64,000 nucleotides of DNA. It comes from Octopus sinensis. Lineage: Eukaryota. Positions within the stretch are counted from its first letter, which is position 1; each line of letters begins with the position of its first letter. Where the stretch lies: assembly GCF_006345805.1 (NCBI RefSeq), contig NC_043000.1, positions 30,628,001 to 30,692,000 of the forward strand, written 5' to 3'. This document shows, piece by piece, positions 24,292-38,025 of the stretch. A program made the translations under genes and the position numbers. The notes beneath the pieces were generated by a model, which was given only the letters and a program-made list of their open reading frames with translations, did not search any database and had not been told where the DNA came from.

Positions 24292-24949
24292 AGATATGTT
24301 CATGTAGAACTATATACATGATAATTTGAAAGAAAATACATGAAAGGTTTAAACTGATAGCACCATAGATATCTAGAATAGTCTTTCTTACACTTACAAT
24401 TGTGATGTTATGGTAACGATATGGACCTCTCTCTTATTTGACCGGACAATTTAAATCATTCTCCTTCAGATTATCTTCATAATGTGCAATCAGATATGAA
24501 CTCACATATTTCTTATGGAGATATTTCTAGGTTCGTCTTGCATGTAGCGCAAACTTGATATTTCTAAAACTACTTAAGGGCATTTATCTCTGGATGTAAG
24601 GCTAATGTTATTAACAAACAGATTACGATGGAAGACAATAAGGACGATACGCAGACTAACTTCAAATCTCTTGCCGATACTTTTTTCCTTTAAGAATCTC
24701 AGGTTAATTTAGTACTATAAGGATGGGATATACAAATTCAATAACATGTCCCACTTCAGGATTAGCAATTGGGATTGCGTCTTTAATAAACTACAAACTG
24801 TGTCATTTATTATCATACTACTACATTTACATCATGTTTCGTCTGTTTTCTTTTGTGTGTTTATCCGAATATATACATGCATCACCGCATACATACATAC
24901 TCACATCTGTACATGAAAGCATACATTCATGTACACACACACACACCTA

Positions 24950-25100
24950 TATCGCAACTCATTTCTACAGCTGAGTGAACTGGAGCAACGTGAAATAAAG
25001 TGTCTTGCTCAAGAACACAACACACAGCCCAGTCCAGGAATCGAACTCACAACCTCACGATCGTAAGCATAACGCTCTGACCACTGAGCCGTGCGCCTTC
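24950..25100 (-). mobile_element. SINE family D 5' part
   Basis: actcatttctacagctgagtgaactggagcaacgtgaaataaagtgtcttgctcaag...ggaatcgaactcacaacctcacgatcgtaag. Confidence 0.85.
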
Positions 25101-25124
25101 AATATGTGTGTGTGCGTGTGTGTG

Positions 25125-25157
<33 letters not shown>

Positions 25158-26038
25158 ATGTCTGTAGGTACGTACGTACATACATCCATCCATCCATACG
25201 TACATACATACATACGTACATACATACATACGTACATACATACATACATACATACATACATACATACATACATACATACACACATATGTCAGTATGCTTT
25301 TTCTTATGAGTCTGTCGGATCAAACTGACAGGGATAAACATCTACAACGAAACAAGCATATCCGTTACGTGATCAAAACAAAATTAAATTTGATATATTT
25401 TCTTGAAATAGACAGTGAATGTTAAAAAAAAACTCCTCGATAGACTCTAAGAAGTCTGCAGTCATTATATTTAGAAGTCTATAGTCATTATATTATATAT
25501 ATTATTAACCCACAGTCTGCAAAAGGTCATTGAGAATTTCGGTAAAACTGCATCATCTGTTTTGCTTTTTATTAGAAGATGTATTTCCGTACTTCGAGAC
25601 ATTTCCTCTTGCTCTTTGTTTCGTGTGACTTTAGTTAAAGGCTAATGTATAGTAAACAAGACAGACTAGATATATAATGCGCCGTGAGAAACACGGGCAC
25701 AGTGATAGACTCGCAACCACTCACACAAAAAAAACACACACAGACACATACACACACACACATATCGATATATGTCTGTCTTTGTTTGTTTGTGTGTGTC
25801 TCTGTGTGTGTGTTTGTGTGAGTGTATGTGTCAATTATAATTAAACTTGAACTTGCAAAATATTGAAATTTTACCTCCAAAATCGAAAGGAATCGATATT
25901 TTATTGCTAACAAATAGAGACAGAAGCATTTCATATTTCCCAATTATAGCAAAAATTACGCAGAAATTTATATACATACATAAACACATACGTACATGCA
26001 TGCCTACATATATATATATATGTATGTATATATATTTA

Positions 26039-26105
<67 letters not shown>

Positions 26106-26183
26106 AAACATATATATATATATATATGCATGTATGTATGTATATAAATTTCTGCGTAATTTTTGCTATAATTTGGGAAATAT

Positions 26184-26218
<35 letters not shown>

Positions 26219-26220
<2 letters not shown>

Positions 26221-26385
26221 CGCAGGAATGGCTGTGTGGTAAGAAGCCTGCTTCCTTACCACATGGTTCCAGGTTCAGTCCCAGTACGTGACATCTTGGG
26301 TAAATGTCTTCTAGTATAGCCTCGGGTCGACCAAAGCCTTGTGAGTGGATTTGGTAGACAGAAACTGAAAGACGCCCGTCGTGTA
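26219..26385 (+). mobile_element. SINE family A 5' half
   Basis: ggcgcaggaatggctgtgtggtaagaagcctgcttc...catcttgggtaaatgtcttctagtatagcctcgggtcgacc. Confidence 0.88.
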
Positions 26386-26699
26386 TATATATATATATGT
26401 GTGTGTGTGTGGTGTGTGTGTGTGTGTGCGTGTGCGTGTGTGTGTGTGTATTTTTCTCTTGTTAACAATTAACACGGAAAAATATATATATAGTTACCAG
26501 GGTAGCAAAAATCACACAAGTAAAACGGTTGTAACTGATTCAGCACAAATAACTGATTTAGTCTGTGTGTGTATATATACTTTTTGAAATGCCAGAACAG
26601 TTCCCAAGCATAAATGGAGGTCTATATCGTGATGATTGTTTACTTTACCTTCAAAATGTTTCCAACCAAAAGGTACAAAAATTCAAGAATAGTTTAGTT

Positions 26700-27010
26700 A
26701 AATTTTTTCCGTAGAATGAGCTTAAGCATCGTTTCTGATGAGTATATGACGAATGCCAACTATTTAGATGTCACACCTAACTTACACAATATCTCTTACT
26801 TCCCATACCACAAACCATCGACCAATTTTAAGTATATTAGCAAATTCAGTAATCATTCTATGGCAATTACTAGGAACTTAGGAATATTTCATTCAGATTG
26901 TCTAAGTTATTTGCTAATGTTGATATTTTCAATGATAACGCCGAATTTTATAACTCTGCCTTATTTAAATCAGGTTATTCAGAGAAAGTTACCTACATTA
27001 ATTCCATTCA
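26700..27010 (+). pseudogene. Decayed PLE RT thumb fragment related to the 4.5-6.2 kb element
   Basis: ANYLDVTPNL..YFPYHKPSTNFKYISKFSNH and LSKLFANVDIFNDNAEFYNSALFKSGYSEKV align by eye with VDFLDVNFN..FKPFRKPNEKLSYVSKDSNH and ISSISSDEAAFHNAAPYYDSALKNSGFSEKI of ORF 4746-6191. Confidence 0.75.
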
Positions 27011-28131
27011 ATCTTATTCTACTTTCACCAATGTAGGTATGAGATCTAGTTGTAAGGAAATTAATGATATCAATTTTAATTTATACACCAAAACCAAACT
27101 GAGGAAGGGAGATAACCCTTATTTAGTCCCTATTTTCATTTTAAAGGTAAATCTATGTCTTTCAAAAATAATTACACTAAAAATAAGATAACTAATAGTA
27201 AAACTATTTGGTTAATTATTCCATACGGAAGGCATACAAAGAATAAGTCCTGGAGTAGATTTGTTCGACTAAATGCGGTGCTCCAGCATGGCTGCAGTTA
27301 AATGACTGAAGCAAAATATTATGAATGTATTTTATCTTTCAAAAGGCGTCTTTTATATTTTCCACAGCTTAATATTAACAATTAACCAAATGTTGGCATT
27401 CAATACATTTTATCCTGATACATAAATGTACCACAATATCTGATATTTCTCTTATTCAGATTTATATATGCTTCAAAATGGCGCCGAATGAAGTGATTGA
27501 TTTTTTTTTTGTTTGTTTTGTTTTTCCTGCTACCATTCACTTGTACATTCACATATCACCTACTTGACATTTGACTAATTCCTTGTTTTCGAGTAGATTA
27601 ACTACAATATCTAATGACGCTACATCCTGGTCCTTTCAAAATCCATTGGGGAAAAACTACGATCATGTGACATTTCTACCACTCATGCATCTGAAACAAA
27701 ACAACAACAGCATTAGCTTTCATTTCAATAACAATTCTTAAAGATCGATGTATAATTAAAACGTATAGCCATTATCATTACAAATCGCTTAATTCACCTT
27801 TGGTATTTCATTCCCCATTGATAATTACTAAATAGTATCTGTTCAAGAGATGCATTTAAGATTTATTAACATTTAATATTTATCGCGATGCATACTTAAA
27901 CTCCTTTAAACCACTGCATTGATTCCAATCAGAAACTGATACATTACGGAATGCTGTTTACAGTGATACATTGTTCGGGGAAATTTAATGAATTATACAT
28001 TTCTAAGCACGGTGTCTAGCTGGTAGCATAAACGCATCATATACATACATACATGCATACACACACACATATATATGCGTGTATATATATATGTGTGTGT
28101 GTGTGTCTATACAAGTGTGTATATATATGCG

Positions 28132-28163
<32 letters not shown>

Positions 28164-28289
28164 CATGCAGGAAGTAAATAGACAACTATAATTTTCAAAA
28201 TTTCTGATCTAAGCGTCTTAATATGTTTTCAGCGGTGTAGAATTTACAATATAATTATTCTTTCTCATTACAGGCGCCATTATATTCAA

Positions 28290-28910
28290 CATATGCGAAG
28301 AGTAACCAAGCCACGCACAAAAACTTCAGCAGAACTGTCAGATTTTCAAAGAGGTCGTATTGTTGGGCAATCTGAAGCTGGTCTTAGCCAGCGAAAATTT
28401 TGCCGAAAATCTTCAAATTCTTCTTGCTACTGTTAATAGAATTATAGTGTGATTTAGAAGGCGGCGAGCTGGCAGAAACGGGCAAAATGCGTAACGGTAT
28501 TTCGTCTGCCGCTACGTTCTGAGTTCAAATTCCGCCGAGGTCAACTTTGCCTTTCATCCTTTCGGGATCGATAAATTAAGTACCAGTTACGCACTGGGGT
28601 CGATGTAATCGATTTAATCCTTTGTCTGTCCTTGTTTGTCCCATCTATATTTAGCCCCTTGTGGGCAATAAAGAAATAAGAATTATAGTGTGATTCAAAA
28701 GCGAAGGAAAAGAATCAACAGATTCTCGTTCCAGCCGAGCTGGGCCCTCGGAAAGGAAGCTTCACTGTTTGAAGAGAATTGTGGAAGACGAACCCCGTTC
28801 GAAGGCTTCTGACATTGCAAAACAGCTAGAAGTTAGTCCAAAGAGCGTGTGTTACATATCTGCATAAGCTTGGGTATTATGGACGAGCAGCTAGAAGAAA
28901 ACATCTTCAA
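28290..28910 (+). pseudogene. Tc1-family transposase N-terminal remnant split by a SINE
   Basis: ELSDFQRGRIVGQSEAGLSQRK ... FKSEGKESTDSRS ... LKRIVEDEPRSKASDIAKQLEVSPK ... LHKLGYYGRAARRK (paired HTH domains). Confidence 0.8.
28455..28678 (+). mobile_element. SINE family B with 17-bp TSD
   Basis: aggcggcgagctggcagaaacg...aaagaaata, flanked by AGAATTATAGTGTGATT at 28438-28454 and 28679-28695. Confidence 0.93.
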
Positions 28911-28971
28911 GTAATTAGTATCAAATAAAAGATTTTGAAAATTAAAGGTGTCTATTTACTCACTGTATGAC

Positions 28972-29003
<32 letters not shown>

Positions 29004-29126
29004 AAGGAGAAGTATTGGTATCTAAAAGAACCAAAGATTGTCAGGTAACGCCAAGTGTCTGTTATGGACTGACTGTAGGTTCGATATTGATACGAGTGAG
29101 GAGTCTAATGTGGATCTCGTATTACC

Positions 29127-29205
<79 letters not shown>

Positions 29206-29519
29206 CAGAATAAGATAACAAAGCCATGTATATGTAAACAAGAAGGCAGTGACATGGCGGAATCGTTAGCAAGCTGGGTAAGATACTTAGCGGAATGTAG
29301 TCCGTCTGTACGTTCTGAGTTTAAATTCCGTCGAGGTGGACTTAGCCCTTCATCCATTCGAGTTCGATACATCAACCGTGATTTTTACATTTGAAGACAT
29401 TGCAAACCCTTTTGTAATAAAAATGTGATTAGAATCAAAATTCATCTTCTGTATATTTTAGACAGTGTAGTAGAGGAATTTTACTAACCGTCTCAGACGC
29501 AGGAGATATTTCACATATG

Positions 29520-29815
29520 CCTTGAATTCACAATATATATATATATATATACATTCATGCATACACATAGATGTAGCTAGATAGATAGATACGTAAATAC
29601 ATACATACAAATATGTATAGATAGATACATTGATTGAAGTGCACACATATGTGTATGTATATATATGTGCCTATATATGTATATATATATATGTGTGTGG
29701 TGTGTGTGTGTGTGTATACATGCATGCATATATTATGTACGTATACATGTGTATGTATGTAAATATGTATGTACATATATGTGTGTATATATGTGTACGT
29801 ATATATGTATGTATA

Positions 29816-29857
<42 letters not shown>

Positions 29858-30110
29858 ATATGTATGTATATATGTATATGTATGTTTATATATGTATTTA
29901 TGTATATACGTGTGTGTATGTATGCATGTATAATATGTATGTATATGTGTGTATGTATGCATATTTGTATGTGTATGTATATATGTATATATGTGTGTGT
30001 GTATATATGAGTATATATATATGTATTTATGTATGTACGTGTGTTTATGTATATGTATGTATGTATATATGTGTGTGTGTGTATATGTATGTATATGAAT
30101 ATAATTGACC
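29520..30110. repeat. Long compound (TA)/(TG)/(TATG) microsatellite
   Basis: Directly visible. Confidence 0.97.
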
Positions 30111-30987
30111 GATAAGTGAATAAATGCGTGGAATGTTCATGAATAATTTTGAAATATTTAGTGAAATTTGTCCCTGCCACCCATCCCCCCTCAGAGATAC
30201 AAAGAACCAGTGTCTGACCCATTGAGAACAGTTAGCTAAGGACATTAGTAATCACAATATGCAATATAGAAACGTATTCACTTTCAGTTCAGTTATATAA
30301 GATTCTAATCATTGGATATTAAAATATTGATCAAGCGATGTTTCAATGTTTAAATAATTTTAGCTCTATCTCAGAGCTGACTCAAATTTGAATTAATATT
30401 GGATGACAACGTTGGATCCAGATTGTATTATCATTAGTTTAAAACATTAATTATTGATGCGCGTTGAAGAGAGCTCAAAATCAAGCTGATGAGTGATAAG
30501 AATAATATTTAAACTTGCCCCTCAATAATCTGTTGAATACATCTTATTAATATTTAGCTCCTGTGGTTTTGCATATAACGGGAAATGAATCTGCAATACA
30601 AAATGATTATTTTCGAGTTCAACTATCATTGCATGTCGTCCATTTTGTTGAGATGGACGGCAAAACTAAACAAATTTGACTTTTCTTTCGATAAGTCTTT
30701 GTTATCTTTTATTCTATAGCTTTCAGTACTATCAGAATATAACAGGAATGTGGAAATTATATGTGAATAATTGAACCCATGTTAGCCTGAGAAAACATTC
30801 GATATGTTTTTGTTATGTAGGTGCTCGCTGAATAATTGGCGCCCTATTTTTGTTTTTGCTTTTATAAAAAGAAATCTTAGATTTTAATAATTCATAAACT
30901 TGCTAACAAATATTACTAATTATTTGCTTTGGATCAGAAATAAGAAATCGTTCGGAATAATTTGAACAAATACAGTAATCATATACA

Positions 30988-31148
30988 GGCGGAAGCGTGG
31001 CTGTGTGGAAAGAAGCTTGCTTCCCAATCGCGTAATTCTGGGTACAATCTCATTGCATGCTATCTTGGGCACGTGTCTTTTTCTATAGCCTCCAGTTCAC
31101 CAAGCGCTTGTGAGTGGATTTGGCAGACGGAAACTGATAGAAGCCTGT

Positions 31149-31200
<52 letters not shown>

Positions 31201-31310
31201 ATATATATATATGCGGTCTTTGAATCTATTCCGTCAACTAAAATATTCTTCGAGTCTGTGCCCCACCACGATCGCAATCTATTGATTGAACCATGTAAAA
31301 GATAAAAGAC
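30988..31310 (+). mobile_element. Degenerate SINE family A with internal (TA)n
   Basis: ggcggaagcgtggctgtgtggaaagaagcttgcttcc...tcttgggcacgtgtctt...gtgagtggatttggcagacggaaactg. Confidence 0.8.
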
Positions 31311-31649
31311 AAAAAGAAATAAGAGATTGAGAGATGGTGACTGGTTTGTCCTTCTCTAAATAATGCAGTGATATAACCTGTTCACCTGACTCTATATATC
31401 TCCTAATAAAGTTCCAGTTATTTCTACAGATTTTCTAGAAATTATATCCAAGATGAATTTTTATTTTTGCTACGTTTCATACTGAAACGTCAGATGGAAA
31501 CAAACAATGGAATCGAAGCCAAAAATAGGTAATGATTATATATGCCATATTTTGGGAGTTTTGCCCCTTCTTCAGCACCCATCTAATGCATTCTTGCCTC
31601 CGAACACATTGATCATATAGCCACCACATACAGCGGTTTTTTATTTATT

Positions 31650-31810
31650 TCTTTATTGCTCACAGAGGGCTAAACATAGAGGGGGCAAACAGGGACAGAC
31701 AAAGGGATTAAGTCGATTACATCGACCCCAGTACGTAACTGGTAATTGTTTAATCGACCCCGAAAGGATGAAAGGCAAAGTTGGCCTCGGTGGAATTTGA
31801 ACTCAGAACT
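31650..31810 (-). mobile_element. SINE family B 3' part
   Basis: tttctttattgctcacagagggctaaacatagagggg...aatcgaccccgaaaggatgaaaggcaaagttggcctcggtggaatttgaactcagaac. Confidence 0.88.
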
Positions 31811-33221
31811 TGGATGAACTAATTTACATATTAAACGCATTCCTGGAGCTGGTATGTAAACATTAATGACTTGTAGGCACGTGATATTTCATTATGAAAC
31901 TATATTATATTGGGCTTATTATATTCATCAAGGTATCTTTTTACGTCATCCAAGGAATTGAAATTTTTACCATTAAGACTATTCTGCAGAGACCTGAATA
32001 AGTGGAAATCCGAAGGAACAATGTCTGGTGAATATGGAGGGCAGCAATTTTTGTCTGGTTCCCAAAGCATCAATTGCCAAAAATGAGCTTTCTAATCTTC
32101 CACTTTAAAGGGTCACAGAATTAACACAGATTATAGGAAGATAAACATTCTTCCACGAAAAGATAGCTTAAACTGTGCTCTAAATGGAGGTGAAGTCAAA
32201 TCCTATGTTATGGACTCAACTATGTTCTAAAATAAGTCGAAAGGTAAGCTACAATAATTCGGCACGAACTTTCCGGACAACCCAATACTATAAAGTGTAT
32301 TTAACTGTTTTCATAAGTCAGCACCATGTTCTACTGCATTACATACCAACTCCAGGAATGCGATTAATATGTAAATTGAACCAGGAACCGTGTGTGTGGG
32401 AAGCAACTTCATACCAAATAGCCACGCCTGTGCCTTTAATATGTTTTTTATAAATTAGTATTAATTACATTATTTTCTATAGACACCTAAACATTTGGTA
32501 AAAGTTAAGTTATGCTAATGGTATATATGTTATATTTCCTGATATTATCCACGAAAGCAAAAGTATAGTTCTAAAGTTACCTGCCATACGACTAGTAAAA
32601 CTCTAGTTAATAAGATAATGCGATTAGCTCAAGGTAAAATATTTTGCTTTATTGAATTACAAGAGAACTGATGAAACACTGTTGATTTTAAGACAGAATT
32701 CAAAAACTCAACATCTATATTACCGTTACTATAGTTACGCTTTTAGCATTTCACCAAATGAAAAGCGAAATATCTATTGTACCAACGCACACGCCTATTT
32801 AATCGCCGTTAACTGCGTGGCTTCCATTTGCAAAAGCTGTTAGAATTAAGTGCATTTGAAAAACAGTTCAAACAACACTAATTGGGAATTAGGAAATGTC
32901 TTCACTTGAAAACATGCTTGGAATTATAAAACCTAACGTACACTGTTAATCATCTAAGATGTCTGATAAATCATTTGAATGTCTTGATATTTGCTTTTAC
33001 ATTCATGAGTCCATCTTTGAGAAAATACCAGTTATATACTGAGGTGTATGCTATAGAAGATGATAATAATTTATATTTGAAGTCATATGACTAAATTAGA
33101 ATAAATAAATGTATATTATTTATACACATATATTCATTCATATACAGGCACGCATACACACGCATACACGCACTCACATACATACATGCTTACTTGTAAA
33201 TACATACACATCTATCTATCT

Positions 33222-33262
<41 letters not shown>

Positions 33263-34171
33263 AATATATATATACATATATATAATTTAATGTACGTTTT
33301 TATACACAAAGGATGTGACCTTTAACAGGATACCTTAGATGCTGGAAAGGGCAGTTAAAGCCCAAACCATGATTAAGAGTAATTTCAAAGGGAATGAAAA
33401 ATAAAAACACTTCAATAGTTGCCCTTATACTCGAGTTTCTGCATCAATGGGCAAATGAATTTATTTGCCCTCCGTGTTTCTTCATTAAGGGCGTTAAAAT
33501 TGATGTGTATCTATGTAACACTGATGACACACATGTTCCATCCGTATGCTAGCCACCGGTAGAATATTATTTTCATATATATATATATATATACGGTTTA
33601 AGCAATTGAGATTCAAGTGAATTCTAATGAATTCACATGAATATGGTCCTTAACTAGAATGCACCGGAAATCTATATGGTGTTAACCATACGACAAGTGG
33701 GGTGATTACAAATAGGAAAAAAAGCAACAAGAATGGATTAAAATCTCGGTACAATTGTTTCGTACGAGGACATCTTTAATAAGCTACAAAAAATGCAGTA
33801 AATACAGATGGCTCGTACTCGTCAGCCGAAAAAAACATCAGAGAATTCCCAATATATATATATATGTATGTATGTGTGTATGTATGTATGTATGTATATA
33901 TAGGTGTGTGTGTGTGTGTCTATATGTAGTAATCCATCGATTATCGCATGTGTTATGTTCCGTCATGCACCACGGCTTGACAACCGGTGGTGTTGTGATA
34001 AGTCCCAGTAACTTAGCGGCTTGGTAAAAGAAAGCGGCAGAATAAGGCTTGAAAAGAATTCTTGGTCGATTCATTCGACTAAAAATTCTTCCTGGTAGTG
34101 CCCCAGTATACCCGCAGTCGTATGACTTGTGCAAGTAAAAGATGAATGACAATACCTACACATACACACAC

Positions 34172-34204
<33 letters not shown>

Positions 34205-34311
34205 CGTGTGTGTGTGAAATAAACTGTTCTCGTCAGATGATTTGGGTGTGCGGATAATACCGACCTAGCGAGGTACCTCAATTTAAGTACCTAATTCAAA
34301 TGAATATTAAT

Positions 34312-34345
<34 letters not shown>

Positions 34346-34642
34346 CGTGTGTGTGTGTACGCGTGTGTGTGTGTACGCGTGTGTGTGTGTACGCACACAT
34401 ATGTATCTGTGCATGGTTTGCTACAATTTATCTGGATATTACAAATAGACTGTCAGGAATTTTATAAAGTAATTGTGATATTAATGATTATGAACAAGAA
34501 AACTGATATTTTGGAATATTTGGTCAACAGGACATCACTTTCTTACCTGAATATACTTAGCACCTGACGTACCGAATGATAATTTGAATATATTTTAAAA
34601 CAGTTATCGGGATTCTGGCAGATTCGTTCGTATATTTCCACG

Positions 34643-34712
<70 letters not shown>

Positions 34713-35164
34713 ACTCACTCTCTCACTCACTCACTCTCACACACACACATACAAATGTATATATGTATGTACTTCAGTACATACGTTTTAAATCAATGTA
34801 TGCCCAAGACCCTTTAAACTTGAGCTTATTGCCTTATCTATGTTATTTAAACAACGAAGAGTAGAAAACTCTGCCTGCAGAACACAAAAACCATTCATAG
34901 GATTAACGAAATGCTGTCACGGGTATTATTTTCACCCGCGTTTAGTAAACCTACATGAACTAAATACCCTTGCGGAAGGGCACAACAGATCAAGCAGTCC
35001 CAACATATGACTACGCGACTAAACAACGTTGAGCGCAACACCAAAAGCACTACGCCTTGAGGATTCTCTCAATGGCTGTATCGCTCTCATATACAAACAT
35101 ACACACGATAAGCTTCAGTGTCTTAATAAATCATTTATGTAAAGTCAACATATGTAAAGTCAAA

Positions 35165-35580
35165 GCAGAAGTGGCTGTGTGGTAAGTAGCTTGCTAACCA
35201 ACCACATGGTTCCGGGTTCAGTCCCACTGCGTGGCATCTTGGGCAAGTGTCTTCTGCTATAGCCCCGGGCCGACCAATGCCTTGTGAGTGGATTTGCTAG
35301 ACGGAAACTGAGAGAAGCCTGTCGTATATATGTATATATATATATATATATATAGGTGTGTGTGTGTTTGTGCGTCTGTGTTTGTCCCCCTAGCATTGCT
35401 TGACATCCGATGCTGGTGTGTTTACGTCCCCGTCACTTAGCGGTTCGGCAAAAGAGACCGATGGAATAAGTACTGGGCTTACAAAGAATAAGTCCCGGGG
35501 CCGATTTGCTCGACTAAAGGCGGTGCTCCAGCATGGCCGCAGTCAAATGACTGAAACAAGTAAAAGAGTAAAAGAGAGAA
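35165..35580 (+). mobile_element. Full-length SINE family A
   Basis: Closely matches 11926-12337 from head (gcagaagtggctgtgtggtaagtagc) to tail (gactgaaacaagtaaaagagtaaaagag). Confidence 0.92.
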
Positions 35581-36349
35581 AAGAGTATCGTTTGGTTAAG
35601 TATTCGTCACAAACGAATATTTTGTTTTTTTTTTATTTTACACTAGGCAATGGAAATACTAAGTTAGCGATATTAATCCACCGATTCTCATCAGATTATT
35701 AATTAATTCTTAAATGCCCACCATATCTCGATGCTGAAGGCGAATCTGTTGCTTGGTAACACAAATATCTAATGAAAATGGAGATTAGAATCTGCGAACA
35801 GCATTATAGATCATTACAAACTATGCCGTTGGTGAACGTAAGTAGAATGTCGTCACAGATCGAAGATTAGTTCAGATCCCCACACCTTACGGATTATTGG
35901 CAAAACGAGGGCAGAAAATATCAGCAGTAAAAAATTGTGACTACGTTTTAATCCTCTCCAACGTAGATCCGTAAATGTCATGTAATATTGAAAACCAGGA
36001 AACGATCCAGGAATCTAAAAGAACGTCTCTTACCCAAGGCCCACCCGCCGAAGCATACAGTCACATAATATGTTATTTAGTAAGATGATCATAGCATATC
36101 TACCAATCAGTCATCAGTCAATCAATCAATCAATCTATCTATCGATCTCTTTGTGTGTGTGTCTATCTATCTCTCTCTCTCTCTCTCTCTCTATATATCT
36201 ATATCTCTATATATATATATATATATGTATATATTTATCTATCTGTCTGTGTGTCTATCTAATCATTCTATCTATCTATATATATATATATGTGAACGCG
36301 CGCCTGTACATTTATGTGTGTATGTATGTGTGCATGTATGTATTTATTT

Positions 36350-36680
36350 ATGCCGTTACGTTTTTAGTTAAAATTCCGCCGAGGTCAACTTTGCCTTTCA
36401 TCCTTTCGGGGTCGCACTGGGATCGATATGATCGATTAATACGTTTGTCTGTCATTGTTTGTCCCCTCTGTGTGTAGCCCCTTGTGGGCAGTAAAGAAAT
36501 AGGTATTTCGTCTGCCGTTACGTTCTTAGTTCGAATTCCGCCGAGGTCTACTTTGCTTTTCATCCTTTCGGGGTCGGTTAAATAAGTACCAGTTACGCAC
36601 TGGAGTCGATATAATCGAATTAATCTCTTTGTTTGTCCTTCCTTGTCCCCGCTGTTTAGCCCACTGTGTGCAATAAGGAA
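36350..36680 (+). mobile_element. Head-to-tail dimer of 5'-truncated SINE family B
   Basis: Units joined at gaaataggtatttc (36496-36509), the same junction as at 10.5 and 10.7 kb. Confidence 0.88.
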
Positions 36681-36699
36681 AAAAATATGTACTGAAATT

Positions 36700-36940
36700 G
36701 TGAAGGTATGTCGCATAGTGGTTAAAGTATTCAGTTCATCATCATATGGTTGTGAGTTCGATTCCTGGCGTTCCGTTGTGATCTTGATCATGACACTTTA
36801 TTTCACATTACTCCAGTCCACTCAGCTGGCAAAAATGAGTTGTTCCTGTATTTCTAAGAGCCAGTCTTGTCACATTCTGTGTCATGCTGAATCTCTCTGA
36901 GAACTACATTAACGGTCTGGATTGCTCAACCATTTGTACG
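36700..36940 (+). mobile_element. Degenerate SINE related to family D
   Basis: gtcgcatagtggttaaagtattc...gttgtgagttcgattcctgg...gacactttatttcacattactccagtccactcagctggcaaaaatgagt. Confidence 0.75.
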
Positions 36941-37609
36941 ATAATTTCACCCAGATCAACTGGAATATTCGTCATCGCAACTGACGGAGTACCAAGGAGA
37001 GAGATATTGATATTGTTCGTTTTAATTATTCTGCTTGCGATATTTTGGTGTCAAACTATAAATTGTTCATTTTATTATCTGAATAATTTCATGCTTTGCA
37101 AAATTATATGATAAAATAACATAATATCTCTCAAGTCAAATACCAGCTGAATAACGTCTTTTCATACAACAATATATTTTCGGGAATGTTATTCTGCAAG
37201 AGCGACTGTAGTTGAAAATTACAGAATTCGTGTTTGCAGGAAAAAATACGAGAATGTAAATGACTGAAACACAACGTACATTGAGACATGCAAGCTCTTT
37301 CCTTCGGATTCCCTAGATATTAAGATTACACAGCAACGCGTTGCAGGTTTTTCCTAATGTCATTTAGGAAAATTCCGCTGACAAAGGAATCTGTAAAAGA
37401 CGAGATAACAGAAGAAAAATTTGAATATATTGAAACCGAATAATGGGATTCATGACAGGGAAAATAATCCTGTTGTATGTATGATAGAAGTGGATGGCTC
37501 CATGGAACACATACATAACTTTCATGTGGGATTCTTTGAATGAATTCGTAGAATACGAATCGAAATATTTGCAATCCTTACGTGACACTTTCTTCTTTCT
37601 CAACCCTCT

Positions 37610-37620
37610 CTCTCCTCTCT

Positions 37621-37691
<71 letters not shown>

Positions 37692-37880
37692 GATCGCGTG
37701 AACAAATGGTAGAAAGCAGCACTTAATATATTTGGCTGGAGGTATGTAATTAATAACAAATTGACTCATATTCACATTACTTTCGTTAACGAGTCCTATG
37801 CACGCTAATTTATATGGGGAGGTGGCACTAACCGTTATTAATACATACATACAGACATACATGCACACATACTCACACAC

Positions 37881-37911
<31 letters not shown>

Positions 37912-37918
37912 TATAGAT

Positions 37919-37955
<37 letters not shown>

Positions 37956-37974
37956 ATATATATATGTGTGTGTG

Positions 37975-38023
<49 letters not shown>

Positions 38024-38025
38024 CA
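37610..38025. repeat. (CT)n/(TA)n microsatellites
   Basis: Directly visible at 37610-37690 and 37845-38025. Confidence 0.95.

Noticed and set aside
29555-30222. Long ORFs of 120-180 aa rich in Y/I/C/V/M/H/T here and elsewhere
   Set aside because: They are translations of (TA)n/(TG)n/(TATG)n repeats, which lack stops in several frames.
37326-37603. Overlapping 70-80 aa ORFs as a host exon (NPII GPCR-like word, thioredoxin-like word)
   Set aside because: No coherent domain pattern in any frame and no supportable splice pair.
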